DNA of 64,000 bases from Camelus ferus (lineage: Eukaryota): NCBI RefSeq assembly GCF_009834535.1, contig NC_045697.1:48362001-48426000 (forward strand), in the 5' to 3' direction. Shown here piece by piece: positions 1 through 13,195 of the stretch (position 1 is the first letter of the stretch; each line of letters starts with the position of its first letter). The translations under genes were made by a program, and so were the position numbers. The notes under the pieces are model-generated. The model searched no databases. It was not told where the DNA came from and was given only the letters and a program-made list of their open reading frames with translations.

Positions 1-255
1 TTTTCTTTCATCTAATTCAACATAACTCACCACTAGCCACTGAACATTTGAGAGGGTGCTACACTTATGTGCTCTCAGTTTAAAATGCATACCAAACCTC
101 AAAAAAGTATATAAGCTCATTATTTTACACGTTGAAATGTATTTTATCTACTGGGTTAACGTTAAATTTCACTTTTTTTTTTAAATGGGGCTACAACACT
201 TATTTATGTATGTGGCTTGTACTTGTGTTTTTCATGTCTCTTGAATAGCACCATT
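1..255. mobile_element. Degenerate hAT-Charlie MITE (MER33-like), partial
   Basis: Resembles MER33 from memory (cactagccac...gtggct...gaatagcac). Confidence 0.4.
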
Positions 256-599
256 CTAAAGTTCCCTATTAATTCTCTATGAAGAATGTGCAGAGAACTT
301 TGATCTAGAACTTTTCCACATACACTAGTTCAGTAGAAGTTGAGGGTTCTTTGAGATGAGAGCACTGTTTCAGAGAAGTAGAGATCACAGTATTGTTCTG
401 TTTCCACATCCCATCTCCTACCTGGAAGCTCCTAACCCCCAAAGATCAAAGAATCTTCAGGTGATTATTGCTTGTCCTTTAACCATGGCTAAACATCCCT
501 CCAAATTCACCAAACTGCTTCAAGACACCTCACAAGCAGTAGTACCTACCAAAAGCCATCCTAGGCTTTTCTACGCTTTCCTCTCTATCACAAAACTTA

Positions 600-1936
600 T
601 TTTGCTGAAGTATATTTACAATTTATGATGTGTTAAGTTTCTGGTACATAGCATGGTGAGTCAGTTACATTTTTTCATTATAGGTTAAGTTATTGAATAT
701 AGTTCCCTGCGCTATATATACACATATAAATGATATCATGATACTTGTCTGACTTACTTCACTTAGTATGATAATCTCTAGGTACAACCACATTGCTGCA
801 AATGACATTTTATGGCTGAGTAGTATTCCATTGTATATACTACATCTTTATCCAGTCATCTGTCAATGGATATTTGGGTTGTTTCCATGTCTTGCATATT
901 ATAAATAGTGCTGCTATGAACACTGGGGTGAAGGTGTCTTTTCAAATTTGGAGTTTTCTCCAGATATATGCCCAGGAATGGGATTGCTGGATCATATGGT
1001 AACTATTTTTAGTTTAAGGAACCTAGATTCCACATATGAGTGATATCATATGGTATTTTTCTTTCTCTCTGGCTTACATCACTTAGAATGACATTCCCCA
1101 GGGACATCCATGTTGCTGAGAATGGCATTATGTTCTCATTTTTATGACTGAGTAGTATTCCATTGTATAAATATACCACATCTTTATCCAGTCATCTGTC
1201 AATGGATATTTAGGTTGTTTCCATGTCTTGGATATTGTAAATAGTGCAGCTATGAACATTGGGGTGCAGGTGTCTTTTTGAATTAGGGTCCCCTGTGTAT
1301 GCATGCCCAGGATGGGATTGCTGGATCAAATGGTAAGTCTACTTTTAGTCTCGAGGAATCTCCATACTGTTTTTTCCACAATGGCTGCACCAAACTGCAT
1401 TCCCACCAGCAGTGTAGGATGGATCCCTTTCCTCCACAACCTCTTTTAGCATTTATCATTGAACTTTCAAATGATGGCCATTCTGACTGGTGTGAGGTGA
1501 TACCTCATTGCAGTTGTGATTTGCATTTCTCTGATAATCAGCAATATTGAGCATCTTTTCATGTGCCTACTGGCCATCTAATGTCTGTATAGGAGAAACG
1601 TCTGTTTCATTGGAGAAATATCTATTTGGGTCTTCTGCCCATTTTCTGATTGGGGTTTTTTTTGTTTGTTTTTTGTTTTGTTTTGTTTTTTTGCTATTGA
1701 GTTTGTTATATTGAGTTGTATGAGCTGTTTGTATATTCTGCAAGTTAATCCCTTGTCAGTTGTCTCATTTGAAAATATTTTTTCTCAGTCTGTAAGTTGT
1801 CTTTTCATTTTGTTTACGGTTTCCTTTGCAAAAGTTTGTAAGTTTAGTTAGGTCTTTTTCATTTATTTTTGCTTTTATTTCTACTGTCTTGATAGACTGG
1901 CCTAGGAAAACATTGCTACGACTTATGTCAGAATGT
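600..1936 (-). mobile_element. Composite L1 3' fragment (ORF2 end + 3'UTR; two overlapping segments)
   Basis: L1 3'UTR and ORF2 C-terminal sequence in antisense; flanked by caaaactta at 591-599 and 1937-1945. Confidence 0.9.
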
Positions 1937-2930
1937 CAAAACTTACTCGTTTCCATGAGGGCATCACATGAGGGAAGTGAGACCACATTTTTGGTCATCT
2001 ATGGGGCTTTCCTGCTACTGAAAAGCCTCATTCCCCTCCATTCCACTTTCTAGTAGGTTCTGCAAGCCCCTCTATCATCTAAATGAAAAAAGTCACACCC
2101 AGATTAGGCACTAAAGTTTAGACACAAGGGCATTGTAATGAAAAGTTAAGGCCAAAGCTGACGGTCTACTCCAGCATGGTTCTCAAAGCTGCTTCAAAGA
2201 AAGTAAGCCAGACTTGCAAGTCAATTCTAATTCCCAGCCCGCATGCCCCTACCCTTTTCTGTGGGGAGATGTGCAGCACTGTGACCAGGAGTCACAGCTG
2301 GGTCTTTGTTCCTCCTTCAAGCTATGCTGTAAGGCTTCTAGAGGGCAAAGCCACCTCCTTCCCGAGTGCACTCAGCACAGGGGTGTTGACTACAGTCGTC
2401 CTCAGACCAATCTCTCCACACAGGCTTTAGCAGAGAATTGCTTGCTGCCAGCCAGACACTCACTCTAGAGCCATGGTCATGAGACCCGGGGGCTAGTGTG
2501 CAAGGTGGGGGAAGGGCAACCCACTTGCCTTGGGAAGCCTTTGGCCACCACATCTCTCACCCACAGGCTTCTAAAGGATTCCGGGCAGGAAAAGACCCCA
2601 GCCATTCCAAATAAACAATTAGATCCCTGAAAGGGCTGTTGGTAGCAAGTTGCTTTATGGATCAAAGGGTTCAGAACTCTATCAAGACTTAAGTTCCTTC
2701 ATGAGAGTATTTTCTCCAACTCCACTCCCATCCCATTTAAGACCTCAGATTTCTGATGTCCTGAAACAGACAGCATGGAAGCCATAAGGCCCAGAGTGTG
2801 ACCAGTTCTTAAGCTTAAGTTGATCATAAGAAACAAGATTAGGCCTAGATAAGGAGTTTCCCTAGGGGCAGCCAGTGAGAAGTTAACACTGACCACAGCT
2901 GCAAGCTTGAGGTGTCTCCCTTAATAGGAC

Positions 2931-3056
2931 TTTTTTTTTTTTTTTTGGTGGGGGGTTGGGTAATTAGGTTTATCTTTAGAGGAAGTAGGGGGATTGAACT
3001 CAACACCTCATGCATGCTAAGCACGCGCTCTACCACTTGAGCTATACACCTCCCCC
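2931..3056 (-). mobile_element. tRNA-Ala-derived SINE (camelid Vic-1-like)
   Basis: Minus strand reads ggtgtatagctcaagtggtagagcgcgtgcttagcatgcatgagg...ttcaatcccc, then cctaattacc and an A tail; short TSD a(t/c)aggact. Confidence 0.85.
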
Positions 3057-6000
3057 ACAGGACTGACGTTTTCTGAGAATGCTAATGGGTGAGCATCTTC
3101 CAACAAGCAGAAGTATAGCTAGGCACTTTCAGAAGCTGTTGCCCGGCATCTTGGGGGATTCTCTGGGCCAGCTGTGGCAGTAGTCTCGTCAAAAGATTTT
3201 GCATACATTTCTCCCCTGCTGCTTCTACAGCAGGCTTGTACTTTGCTATGTATCAGGATTCCACAAAAGGTCAAAGCCATTGGCTTTAGTTACAACATCT
3301 AATATTGACTCGCCTACATGTAGGTTTATGGGGAACGGGATCTTGATCATAACAGATCTTTAACAAATCCCTCCAAAGAAACTAACTGCTTCTAGAAGCA
3401 CAGGTTTAAGTTCACCTGCTTCCAATTTCTATCATTAAATTCTCTCACTTTTGACCATTTTACTACCCTCTTTTCATTGCTTAGTACTTGTTTGAGTGGC
3501 TTATTACAAGATAAAGGTAATTTTCTTCAACTAGAGACAGATTTGGTGATAAGAAATGATACATGGCTACAGCCAACCTCCTGCGACAGTAGCCGTTGCA
3601 CCCGTGCTGACCAGCTCCAGGTCAACATCGGATGCTAAGCAGAAACCCAGAGAATGAGCTGAACCCAAGATGGTCTTGGCAGAACTGAGAAATTTCGATT
3701 AAAGCTAAGGGCTAGTCAGGATTTGAACTTTATAAAAGCTGAATCCCAGATAGGTTAAGAGAAGACATAAGCAGAAGTTCAGGCTGAAGTGAGCACAGTG
3801 ACCAGAAAGCAGGCAGAATGTGCTTCAGGCCAAAGCTCACGGAGGTGACCACACAGGAGCAACCTGAGTCATGGCCTAGTTTCCATGGGCAGAGGGAAAT
3901 CCTGCACTATTCCATGTCTTGTTCTGAAAGTTTAGAATTGAGAAACTTGATGTTATTCAACCCCCTTTCTCCCTACTCTAGTTATGGTTAAAATTATGAA
4001 GTTGTCTCCTCCTAACCCAACATACGCTAGCTTGGGATCTAGAGCCAGAGGCGTATGCAGTAACACCACCTAGCTGCACAGGACTCATCTGCCATTGAGT
4101 CCCTTAAATTGGTTAACTGAGTAAACAAGTAAATTGGCAATTGTTTTGCCCTGCATTTCTAAGGTGGGAAAGGCAAACTTCTCTGAGTCTTGTATTGAGA
4201 GGTCAGATTTTTCCTTTGCCTGTAATCCACTGAGGTATTTTATAGATCTGAAGTATATTTGCATATTCATATTGGCTTTTCGTTTTTAGTTTTCCTCGGT
4301 TTTTATAGTGGTTAAGGATTACAGAAATGGAGGAGGCTAACAGACAAGGTATCCACACCGTGCACTTCATAACTTAGAATTCACACTGAAATTTCACCCA
4401 ATTCTTGGTTGACAGAATTAAGTCTCTGGTATAGATGCTTTTTCAATTCTTGGAAGCAGAGACATTTCCTAAACATAAATTGACAGTTACAGGTGAGGAC
4501 ACCACAGGCTGAGCAGTCACAAAATTGATTTCAGTGTTAGGCAGCCATAGAGAAACAGCCACCCACCCTTATCCCTGGGCTTCTGCTTACAGGAGGCCCC
4601 ACATGCCTCAAACCCCTCAGTCCTAGTTGTAACTGTAGTAGCATTGCTTGGAAAGGCTGTGACTCTCAACATCCCTGATCTCATCTGTCAAGAAGTTTGA
4701 TACCAAGCAGACTGCCGGTGGACTACACAACTCTTGAGCAGTCAGTACCAAAGTCAGTATCTTTGTGCTCCTTGAACTTGGCGTCCTTCATGAGTATAAT
4801 GGAAGCAAAATAACACACACCCACCACGGACAAGGCTAAGACAAAGGTGTATGTCCTTTACTCTTGTACTTTTTCTGCACTTTTCCAGGTTTTCTTAAAG
4901 TAGACCCAGGTGTTTTGGCTATAGCATGGGTTTGAAGAGAAAGACTTACGTAGTTGACATACAGGAATTTCAATACAATTTGCTATGTAGCACCTGTGAA
5001 ATCACTCAGGATAGTGAACATAGAATGCTCTCAAGTCCGTCACAAAGACGCCCTCCATTATCCCCTTTCCCTTTGCCAGGGATTCACCCTAAGCTCAAGG
5101 AAGCCTCTCAATCCTTAGTGCTCCAGGTAACCGCTATCTTAACCAGGTGAAATTCCCTCACTTTTCCCAACCACAAAAGCTTCCCCAGACCAGTTACCTA
5201 GCAGAAAAATGTTCTCAGGTGAGCAGATCTGACACTGAACAGCCCAATGTGAAGTAATACATTGCCCAGCCCCCTCACTCCAACATCCAGGTAGAAGGTA
5301 AGGGTCAGCCCACGGGTTTTATATTCAGATCAGACAATGGCTTTCAAAGGCAACATGGTTAAGATTAACTCCCTGGTAAAAATGCTCAAGAGCCTCATGA
5401 TGCTTGCTTGAAGTTCACTTGAGTTCTACTCTGCACTAATACATCATGAAGGATATTTCCTTCTCTCAAAGAGGTCTAATTCAATAGTCTACATCTCCCT
5501 CCCAGGGCTCTCACCGAAGCTGATCCCACTGTTAGTTTTTAAAGTAGGTAAGAGAGGAGCAAGTTTTTCTTCATTTTCTGCCATTATTCTAAACAGAAGT
5601 TTCTCTCCAATAGAGATTTTAGGATTTTAACTAAAGGCTGGTTGAAAGGAATTTAGAAGTTTCATGAAGAAAGCAAGGTTACTGAATTTGCTTTAGAGAT
5701 AGAAGCTCTAAACCTGTGTATTTCTTTCTAAGGGGGCTTATACACGTGCAATGCGTTAGCTGAAAAAGTAGTTTTGCTGAAGTATTTTTTATGCTAGAGG
5801 TTAAGCAGAAATAGACAGAAAAAGCAGATGACTTCTCAAAAAGATTTGAGCAGAAGAAACTTCAGAACTCAAGGTCCTATCTTCAGCTACTCTGAGAACT
5901 TTGGAGATCCCAGTAACTAAGTTTCTCAAGTTGCAGATAGAGCAGAAAGAAGATATGCCTGAAAAAGTGAGCTCAGGAGGTTGCCCTCAGCTCCTAAAAG

Positions 6001-6959
6001 GTATTTTTCTTTGCACACAACAGACTTCCCTTCTTTGCAGTTTCTCTATCTGTTTGCTTAGATTCTCTCACTTTTTTCTTTGTTTTCCTTTACCCTTCAC
6101 TTCTAAAGTAAGGTAAACCCAAACTTCCCCTGAGCTCTCCGAAGTTTGGCTCTTTCTACCCTCCCCAACCCTTGCTATCAGCGAACTCCTTAGGACACAG
6201 CACGCCCGTAAAACTTGAGACTACATTCCCCCATTGACCTCCACCCACACCCAGCAGCAGCAGGAGAACAATCAAGAGCCTCTGTCAGCCTTCCTCATTT
6301 TTATACTCAAAGCCCCGCCTACTTCTTGGGTGCAGACCAATAAGAACACGTAGGAGCTACTTTCAGTTCTACAATTGGTCCCTGACCTCCAGCAGGTGAA
6401 AACAAGCCTCCGGATGCCCGGATGCTCTTTAGGCTTCCTATTTTAGAGGTACTTCTCCCCTTCCTTGCTTTTTTATTGCGTTGTAAAGGCTACAGAGTTG
6501 TTAAAGACATATTTTGAGGAAATAACTTAGAGTCTTATTCGAAAGGTGGCTGAATCAACTTACCCTCTAGCACTAAATCTTAATATGGAAGATTTTGGGT
6601 ATGCTGTAAGGAATTTCAAAAGAAGGAGGAATATAAATAGCTCATTGGTCAGACACACGTGTTAAGAGTCAAATATCCTTACCTGCAGACAACGCTTGAT
6701 TTTCATAGCTCACCTGTATCATCCGTCTATTCTTCCATTCGCAAGTATTATTAAGGCTTATGATTCAAAGGAAGTGAGGAAGTGACCTAGTGGGGCTTGG
6801 GTTTGCATGTGCTTCTCAAACTGCATGCTAGGAAGTATGAGAATCCTCAGGATATGCATGTTTCTGGAAAGTCAATTTTATTTGTAGCTTTGGGGGTAAA
6901 AAGCATTGTTTTATGTTAAGATAATAGCAACCCAAACCAACATAAGTAAACAATTTAAT

Positions 6960-7710
6960 TAACAAACAAGGGAGGAGAGGCAAATCTTCCTAACAAAAGA
7001 ATTTCAAGTAACATATGTTCATACTCCCTCACATAGAAGTTGGAGTTTAATTCCCCTCCCTTTGAGTGTGGGCTGAACTTAGTGACTCAATTCCAAAGAA
7101 CAGAGTAGGGAAAGGGGAAATGATAATTTTACAGTGACGAAACCTGGCAAGCACTACCTCACCCAAGTGACCCAGGTTAGCATCACCAGCGATCAAGTAT
7201 GTTGCTACTACAGACCCCGTGGTGTGGTGTGACGAGAATGCTTCACCCCTGTGGGAGTCTTCCCCAAAACCCATAACCCTATCTAATCATGGGGAAACAA
7301 CAAGGGGAACAAAACTGAGAGGCAATCTACAAAACCCTGACCAGTACTTTTTAATCAAGTTAATGAAAAATAAGGAAAGACTGAGAAATGGTCACAGGCT
7401 GGAAGAGAGTAAGGAGATACCCTAACTTAATGCAATGTAGTACCCTGGATAGGATCCTGGAACAGAAAAGAAAAAAAAAAAAAGATACTAGTGGAAAAAT
7501 TGGTGAAATCCAAGTAAAGTTGGAGTTTAGTTCGTTGCAGTATATAAATGTTAATCTCACAATTTTTTACATGTGCCATGGTTGTATAAGATGTTAACAT
7601 TAGGGGAAACTGGGTGAGGGGTATTTGGAACTCTCTTTACTGTTCCTGAAGCATTTCTGTAAAACCTATGATTATTCCTAAATAAAACATTTATTTAAAA
7701 GAAAAATAAC
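6960..7710 (+). mobile_element. Ancient L1M (L1MC-like) 3' end
   Basis: Resembles the L1MC 3'UTR (ttgagtgtgggctgaacttagtgact...aaacctggcaa...atcctggaacagaaaa) and ends in an A-rich tail. Confidence 0.6.
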
Positions 7711-8269
7711 AATAAGAAAAGGGAATACATTGCAAAACTTGTGTGAATTTTTAAAGTTAAAACATAAGTCTTCAAAGAAATCTTACAGTAAGAGCAGAAC
7801 TACTTTATGCCTCCCCCAAATTTCCCTGAGGGCACTTTTCCATCTTTAGGGTTAATTTAGAGCAAAAATTTGAGAAGTAGCATGTATACCTAGATTAAAT
7901 CACATAGCTGCACAGAGGATAGATGCAGGGAGGTTAAGCCTGGAGGTGAGAGGTCAGTTGGAATCAAGCTGGGGTACAACCAAGTCTAAGGCAATAGGTC
8001 AGTAGACAACTAGTTACAATTGATTTATTTGTTCCTGTGATGGCTACCAGTGCTTTCTGGAAATTTACTAATTCCAACCATTCACTTTTATCTTGAGTTT
8101 TCACATGTCTGTAGTCAGCAGAAAGGAGATCCTCTTTCAAGGTAGCCAGATAGCATCAGTCAAATTGCCAAACACGCTTAAGAAGAATGTGTTTTAAAGA
8201 CAAAATAACAACAACACGAAAGAAAGAAAGAAAGAAAGAAAACCTCCTGTGAGAGAAGGGTAAGCAGTT

Positions 8270-8660
8270 GTTAAGAACATGGACTTTGGATGTACCAGAC
8301 AAACCTGGGTTTATTAGCTTTGTGACCTCATGCTAACCTCCCCAAGTTTCAGTTCCTCATATGTGAAATGGCGATAAAATAGCACTTACTGTAAGATTGT
8401 TGTGAGGGCTGATTAGTGATAGGAATGACAAGCAACTAGAATAGATCATGGCACAAACACATACAGCACCTTCTATCGCCCAGGTCTGATCTACATGCAA
8501 TACATAGTGGCTCATTTAATCCCCACAACAATCCTAGTATTAGTATTTATGTTGCACATGAGAAATCTGAGCCACAAGAGGATGACTAATTGGCCCAAAG
8601 TAACAACCTCAATTCAAAACCAAGCAGTCTGGCTCTAGAATATTTGCTTTTAGCCAGCAC
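8270..8660. mobile_element. Two MIR remnants in opposite orientation (further MIR/L2 fragments at ~9.4, 10.9-11.5, 13.9, 15.0, 28.2-29.1, 30.4-31.1, 35.4-36.1, 52.1-52.4 kb)
   Basis: MIR core motifs (cagttcctcatatgtgaaatgg; atgagaaatctgagcca); boundaries approximate. Confidence 0.55.
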
Positions 8661-10156
8661 CCTGCATTCCCTCTTCTGTAATCAGAAAGGAAGGGAGATA
8701 AGCACACCTGAAACTAATATAATATTGTAAGCTGACTATAGTTCAATAAAACACATTCCTAATAAAAAAATTTTTTAAAAAACAAAGGAAGAAGAAAGGG
8801 GACATAACATGCTGAGAGGTCCAAAGAAAAGAGGTTCCTTTATAAAAGGGAAATGGTCAGCCCTATATCACAAATGTATAAATAACGCAGGGATCAACTG
8901 GGAATGATACCAAGTTCACATCCAAGAGGCAAGTGGATGAAAGAATCGACTTGCTTCTGCAGGCTCCAAAGTCAGTGAGAACATTCACCTAAAAGTCATG
9001 TAATAACATTGCAAAAGTGAAGCTAATCCAGCTGGAGAAGCTACCTCCCCACATGCCTCTCCCAGTGTTTTCTCAGTTGATTTCTTGCACAGAAAGCTCA
9101 AACACCAAACAGTCCAGTTCAAAACTAGACACATGACAGTCCTCACTGCAGAAGAGCCAGCCAACATTCCACAGTTAATCATCAGTCTTCTAGGCAAAAG
9201 CCAACCCAAGCCTGAGGCAACCTTCTGGAAGGCTCCCACAGCTCCCCAGCCTGAGTGGATGGCAACCACAAAAATGGAGGTACAGCTTCAGCTCCTAATT
9301 TGACCACCCGTCTCTAATTTACTATTCAAATAGTAAAAGTTCCTACCCTTTGAGTCACTCCTCTGAGCCAGGCAATCTGCATACTTTGGTTCACTCAGCC
9401 CCCTGAACCTCCATGAGATACTCCAGTTTATGAATGAGAAAACTCAGGTTCAGAGGGATCAAGCAACTTTCCCCAAGTTACACAGCTAGTAAGAGGCAGA
9501 GGCAGGATTTAAACTCAGGTTGTTCAAATTCCAAGGCCCTGCTCTTAAGCGTTAAGTGTGCCAATTGTGGTTGTCAAGAAAGTGAGTTTGAAGGGCTGTA
9601 TGCAGTTGGCAGAGCCACTGACTTGTGACCCTATGTGTATTTTTTCCAGTGAGATACCCCTGACCCACAAGAGAAGACAGACAAAATATTCTTCCTGCCC
9701 CAGGAGCTCCCCTTAGGGATGCAGGTGCAGAGGGCAAAGGTGCAGGGAAAGGACCCCAATTTTTATTTCAACAGCTTTATTTCAGATCTGTTACTTTTGA
9801 ACCAAGGCAAACTGCTTCAGAATCCTAGTGCTACCAATCCTTCTGCTTTCCTAGCTCACGCTCCCCTCCCCTGACCAAAAGGTGAACTAGGGCTTGTGCC
9901 AAGAGCGATTCTGGTGTCAGTTTTCTTAACTCATATTCTGAACTGGACTAATTCCAATAGGTTATTCATCAGAACTAATTGCCATCTCCCTGCCTTCTGA
10001 TGCCTGCCTGGATCCTGGGCCTGCTCTTGGAAGAACAAGGCAGCTGGGGGAGCAGGTGGTGGAAGGCAGCCCTCATGCCACACAGCACAGCGGGAAGAAC
10101 TCTGTGTTGCTGGGCTGCCCTTTGGAAGCTTGGATTTGTTGCTCTCTAACTTGTTA

Positions 10157-10634
10157 CAGGCACACCTCGTTTTATAGCACTTGGCAGATACTGCATTTTC
10201 ACAAATTGAAGGTTTGTGCCAACCCTGCGTTAAGCAAGTCTATCAGCCCCATTTTTCCAACAGCATTTGCTCATTTCATGTCTCTGTGTCACATTTTGTT
10301 AATTCTCACAATATTTCAACTTTTTTCATTATTATTATATTTGTTATGGAGATCTGTGATCAGTGATCTTTGATGTTACTGTTACAAAAAGATTACAACT
10401 CCCTGTAGGCTCAGATGATGCTTAGCAATTTTTAGCAATAAAGTATTTTTAAATTAAGGTATGCATATTATTTTTTAGACATAATGAAATTGCACACTTA
10501 ATAGACTACAGTGTAGTGTAAACATAACTTTTATATGCACTGGGAAACCAACAGATTCTGTGTGATTCACTTTATTGAGCTACTCTATTACAGTGGTCTG
10601 GAACCAAACCCACATTATCTCCAAGATGTGCCTA
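10157..10634 (+). mobile_element. Internally deleted Tigger1 (TcMar-Tigger) DNA transposon
   Basis: Termini caggcacacctcg and aagatgtgccta, TA target duplications at 10155-56 and 10635-36; both Tigger1 ends joined without transposase. Confidence 0.9.
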
Positions 10635-11544
10635 TACTTGGATGCAGCTGGTGATGTTACATATACAGATATATCGTAGTATTTATTTGACCTTTTACAA
10701 CACTAATATGATATTGAACTTCAAAATGTCCAAAGAAGCCTAATTTAGAATATAAACAGATCTAGAACTTCCCAATGCCTTTCCATGCCTGTATTTCTCT
10801 ATCCCCTGTTTAAAGTGAGAAAGCAGCTGCAAGTGATGTAGTCAAAAGCCCACTCACAGAGACTTTCTCTTGACTCCTCCCACCTCTGCCACCACCCTCA
10901 GTAAGCCCTTACTTCTCACTACTTTGCTCTGCCCTCCCAACTGTCTTCACTGTCTTCAGGGTCCCACTCTCCATGTTGCATCCACAGAGATTTTTCTAAA
11001 ACACAGAAGTCCTTCTCTGGCTCCCCACAATGTTTGAGATAAAGACAAAACTTCTGCCTCAGCAAAAAAGAGAGAGAGAGAGAGAGGTGACTTTATTGAC
11101 TGACCCAGTCTTCCATTATTCATTCAAGTGCCGTCTGTACGCTGGTCCCCCTCAGTCGGTCCTCCTCCTAGCATTTTTCCAGGGCTGTTTCCTCTAGTAC
11201 ATCTCCTCTCTTTTTCACCCTTTCCATCCACCTGGCTAATTTCCTTGCTTTCTTCGAGGATCAATACATTTTATCTTCTCCAGAAAGCATTTCTCTGCTA
11301 GACTCCCCAGAGTGACTTAGGAACCTCCTCGTGTCCTCTCAGAACAAAAATGCTAATAATATCTCTCATCACAACTCCACCTCCACCACTGTTCGCTTCA
11401 CTGTTCCCTTCACCAGAACTGAGCTTGTGGAAAACAGAATGTCTGATTCTCCTTTGTGTCCCATTCCCTGGAATAGTTCCTGGCCAGAAATGGTTACTCA
11501 CTCATGATTTGTGAGGCAATGAAAGGGTGAATAAATGGCAGGCT

Positions 11545-12037
11545 TGCTGTATCTAGAAACAAATGGTGCACTCAAATGCTGTCATTGAGTAGAATTTAAC
11601 ACAGGGGCCATTTATAAAAGTGTAGACAAGGGAAAGGAAACCCATAGGTAAAAAGCATCCCTGGGTTCAGCTTCAACAGGAACTGGGACTATCTCTAGGC
11701 CCAAAGGTCCAAGGAAAGAGAGAGTAGTTCCCAGAACCCAGAGAGAATCACTGCAGGGGAGGACCAGCTGATGGGAGGTGTGGCCTTCAGTAGAGGATGT
11801 ATCCAACATACAGTATGGAATGACCTGACATGATGGAAGCTGAGGGAATATTACCTGAACTCACTCTCCTTCCATCCACCCAGCTCCTGCTGCTGCCTCT
11901 CACCGGCCAAACCAACCAGAAGCTAGAGGGCAAGGCATCCAGTGAAGCAATCAAATGGGTCAACTTTTCAGGGCACAGAGCAATGGGTAGGGGTGGGGGA
12001 AGAGACCCGAAAGTGCAAATGGGAAATATCCAACACA
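11545..12037 (-). mobile_element. ERVL solo LTR (LTR33-like)
   Basis: Resembles the LTR33 consensus in reverse (caaccagaagctagagggcaagg...aatatccaacaca). Confidence 0.6.
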
Positions 12038-12201
12038 ACTTCTCTCCAAGGAAAGAATTGTTGACTGCATTCTAAAGGTTAAGGGGTTAAGGGCTTCAAG
12101 AATAATGATCAGAGAAGAACGTATCTTCTTTACAGCTGATAAGAGTTGGTTCTAAGGAGAAATACTTTGATAAGCCAGTTGTGATAAAGAAGAGCGCAAT
12201 A

Positions 12202-12975
12202 TAGTATTGCTAATTATCAGAGAAAGGCAAATCAAAACTGCAAGGAGGTATCACCTCACGCAGGTCAGAATGGCCACCATTATAAAGTCCACAAATGATA
12301 AATGCTGGAGAGGTCATGGAGAAAAGGGAACCCTCCTACACTGCTGGTGGAAATGTAATTTGGTGCAGCCACTATGGAAAACAGTATGTTGATTCCTTAA
12401 AAACCTAAAAATAGAGTTACTATATGATCCAGCAATCCACTCCTGGGCACACATCTGGGGAAAAAAAACTCCAATTTGAAAAGACACCTGCACCCCAATG
12501 TTCATAGCAGCACTATTTTCAATAGCCAAGACATGGAAGCAACCTCAATGTCCACTGACAGATGACTGGATAAAGAAGCTTTGGTATATTTATACAATGG
12601 AATACTATTCAGCCATAAAAAGAATAAAGTAATGCCATTTGCAGCAACATGGATGGACCTGGAGATTGTCATACTAAGTGAACTAAGTCAGAAGGAGAAA
12701 GAAAAATATCGTATGATATCACTTATATGTGGAATCTAGAAAAAAGCAGGGGAGGGCACAAATGAACTTAGTTACAAAACAGAGACAGACTTACAGACAT
12801 AGAAAACAAATGTATGGTTACCAGATGGGAAATGGGTTGGGGGGGTGCGGTAAGTTGGATTAGCAGATACTAATTACTATATATAAAATAGATAAACAAC
12901 AAGGTCCTAGTATATAGCACAGGGAACTGTATTCAATACCTTGTAATGACCTGTAATGAAAAATAATATGAAAAA

Positions 12976-13032
<57 letters not shown>

Positions 13033-13101
13033 TGAATCACTATACTGTATACCAGAAATTAACACATCGTTGTAAATCAACTATACTTCAATTCAAAAAA
13101 G
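12202..13101 (+). mobile_element. 5'-truncated L1 (ORF2 C-terminus + 3'UTR) with internal (TA)n
   Basis: ORF2-like peptide [15 protein letters not shown]...[18 protein letters not shown]; perfect 15-bp TSD aagaagagcgcaata at 12187-12201 and 13102-13116. Confidence 0.95.
12979..13028. repeat. (TA)n microsatellite, ~25 units
   Basis: Seen directly, inside an L1 3'UTR. Confidence 0.95.
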
Positions 13102-13136
13102 AAGAAGAGCGCAATAGGCTGGCATCCAGTTTTCTT

Positions 13137-13195
13137 TTCTTCTTTTTTTTTTTTTAACATTTTTTATTGGTTTATAATCATTTTACAATGTTGTA
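13137..13195 (-). mobile_element. Ultra-short L1 3'-terminal insertion
   Basis: Poly-T plus ttttattggtttataatcattttacaatgttgt, between perfect 15-bp repeats gcatccagttttctt (13122-13136 and 13196-13210). Confidence 0.85.

Noticed and set aside
2931..3056. tRNA-Ala-like sequences (also ~17531, ~23541, ~38757, ~52436) as tRNA genes
   Set aside because: They have SINE tails, A-rich ends, TSD-like flanks and degenerate stems, so they are SINEs rather than tRNA genes.
6675..6690. Strong minus-strand splice donor (CAG|gtaagg) near the orphan promoter-like cluster
   Set aside because: No matching acceptor or exon chain could be supported; such motifs arise by chance.
12207..12529. ORFs resembling a conserved protein ([14 protein letters not shown])
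   Set aside because: Truncated L1 ORF2 C-terminus, not a host gene.
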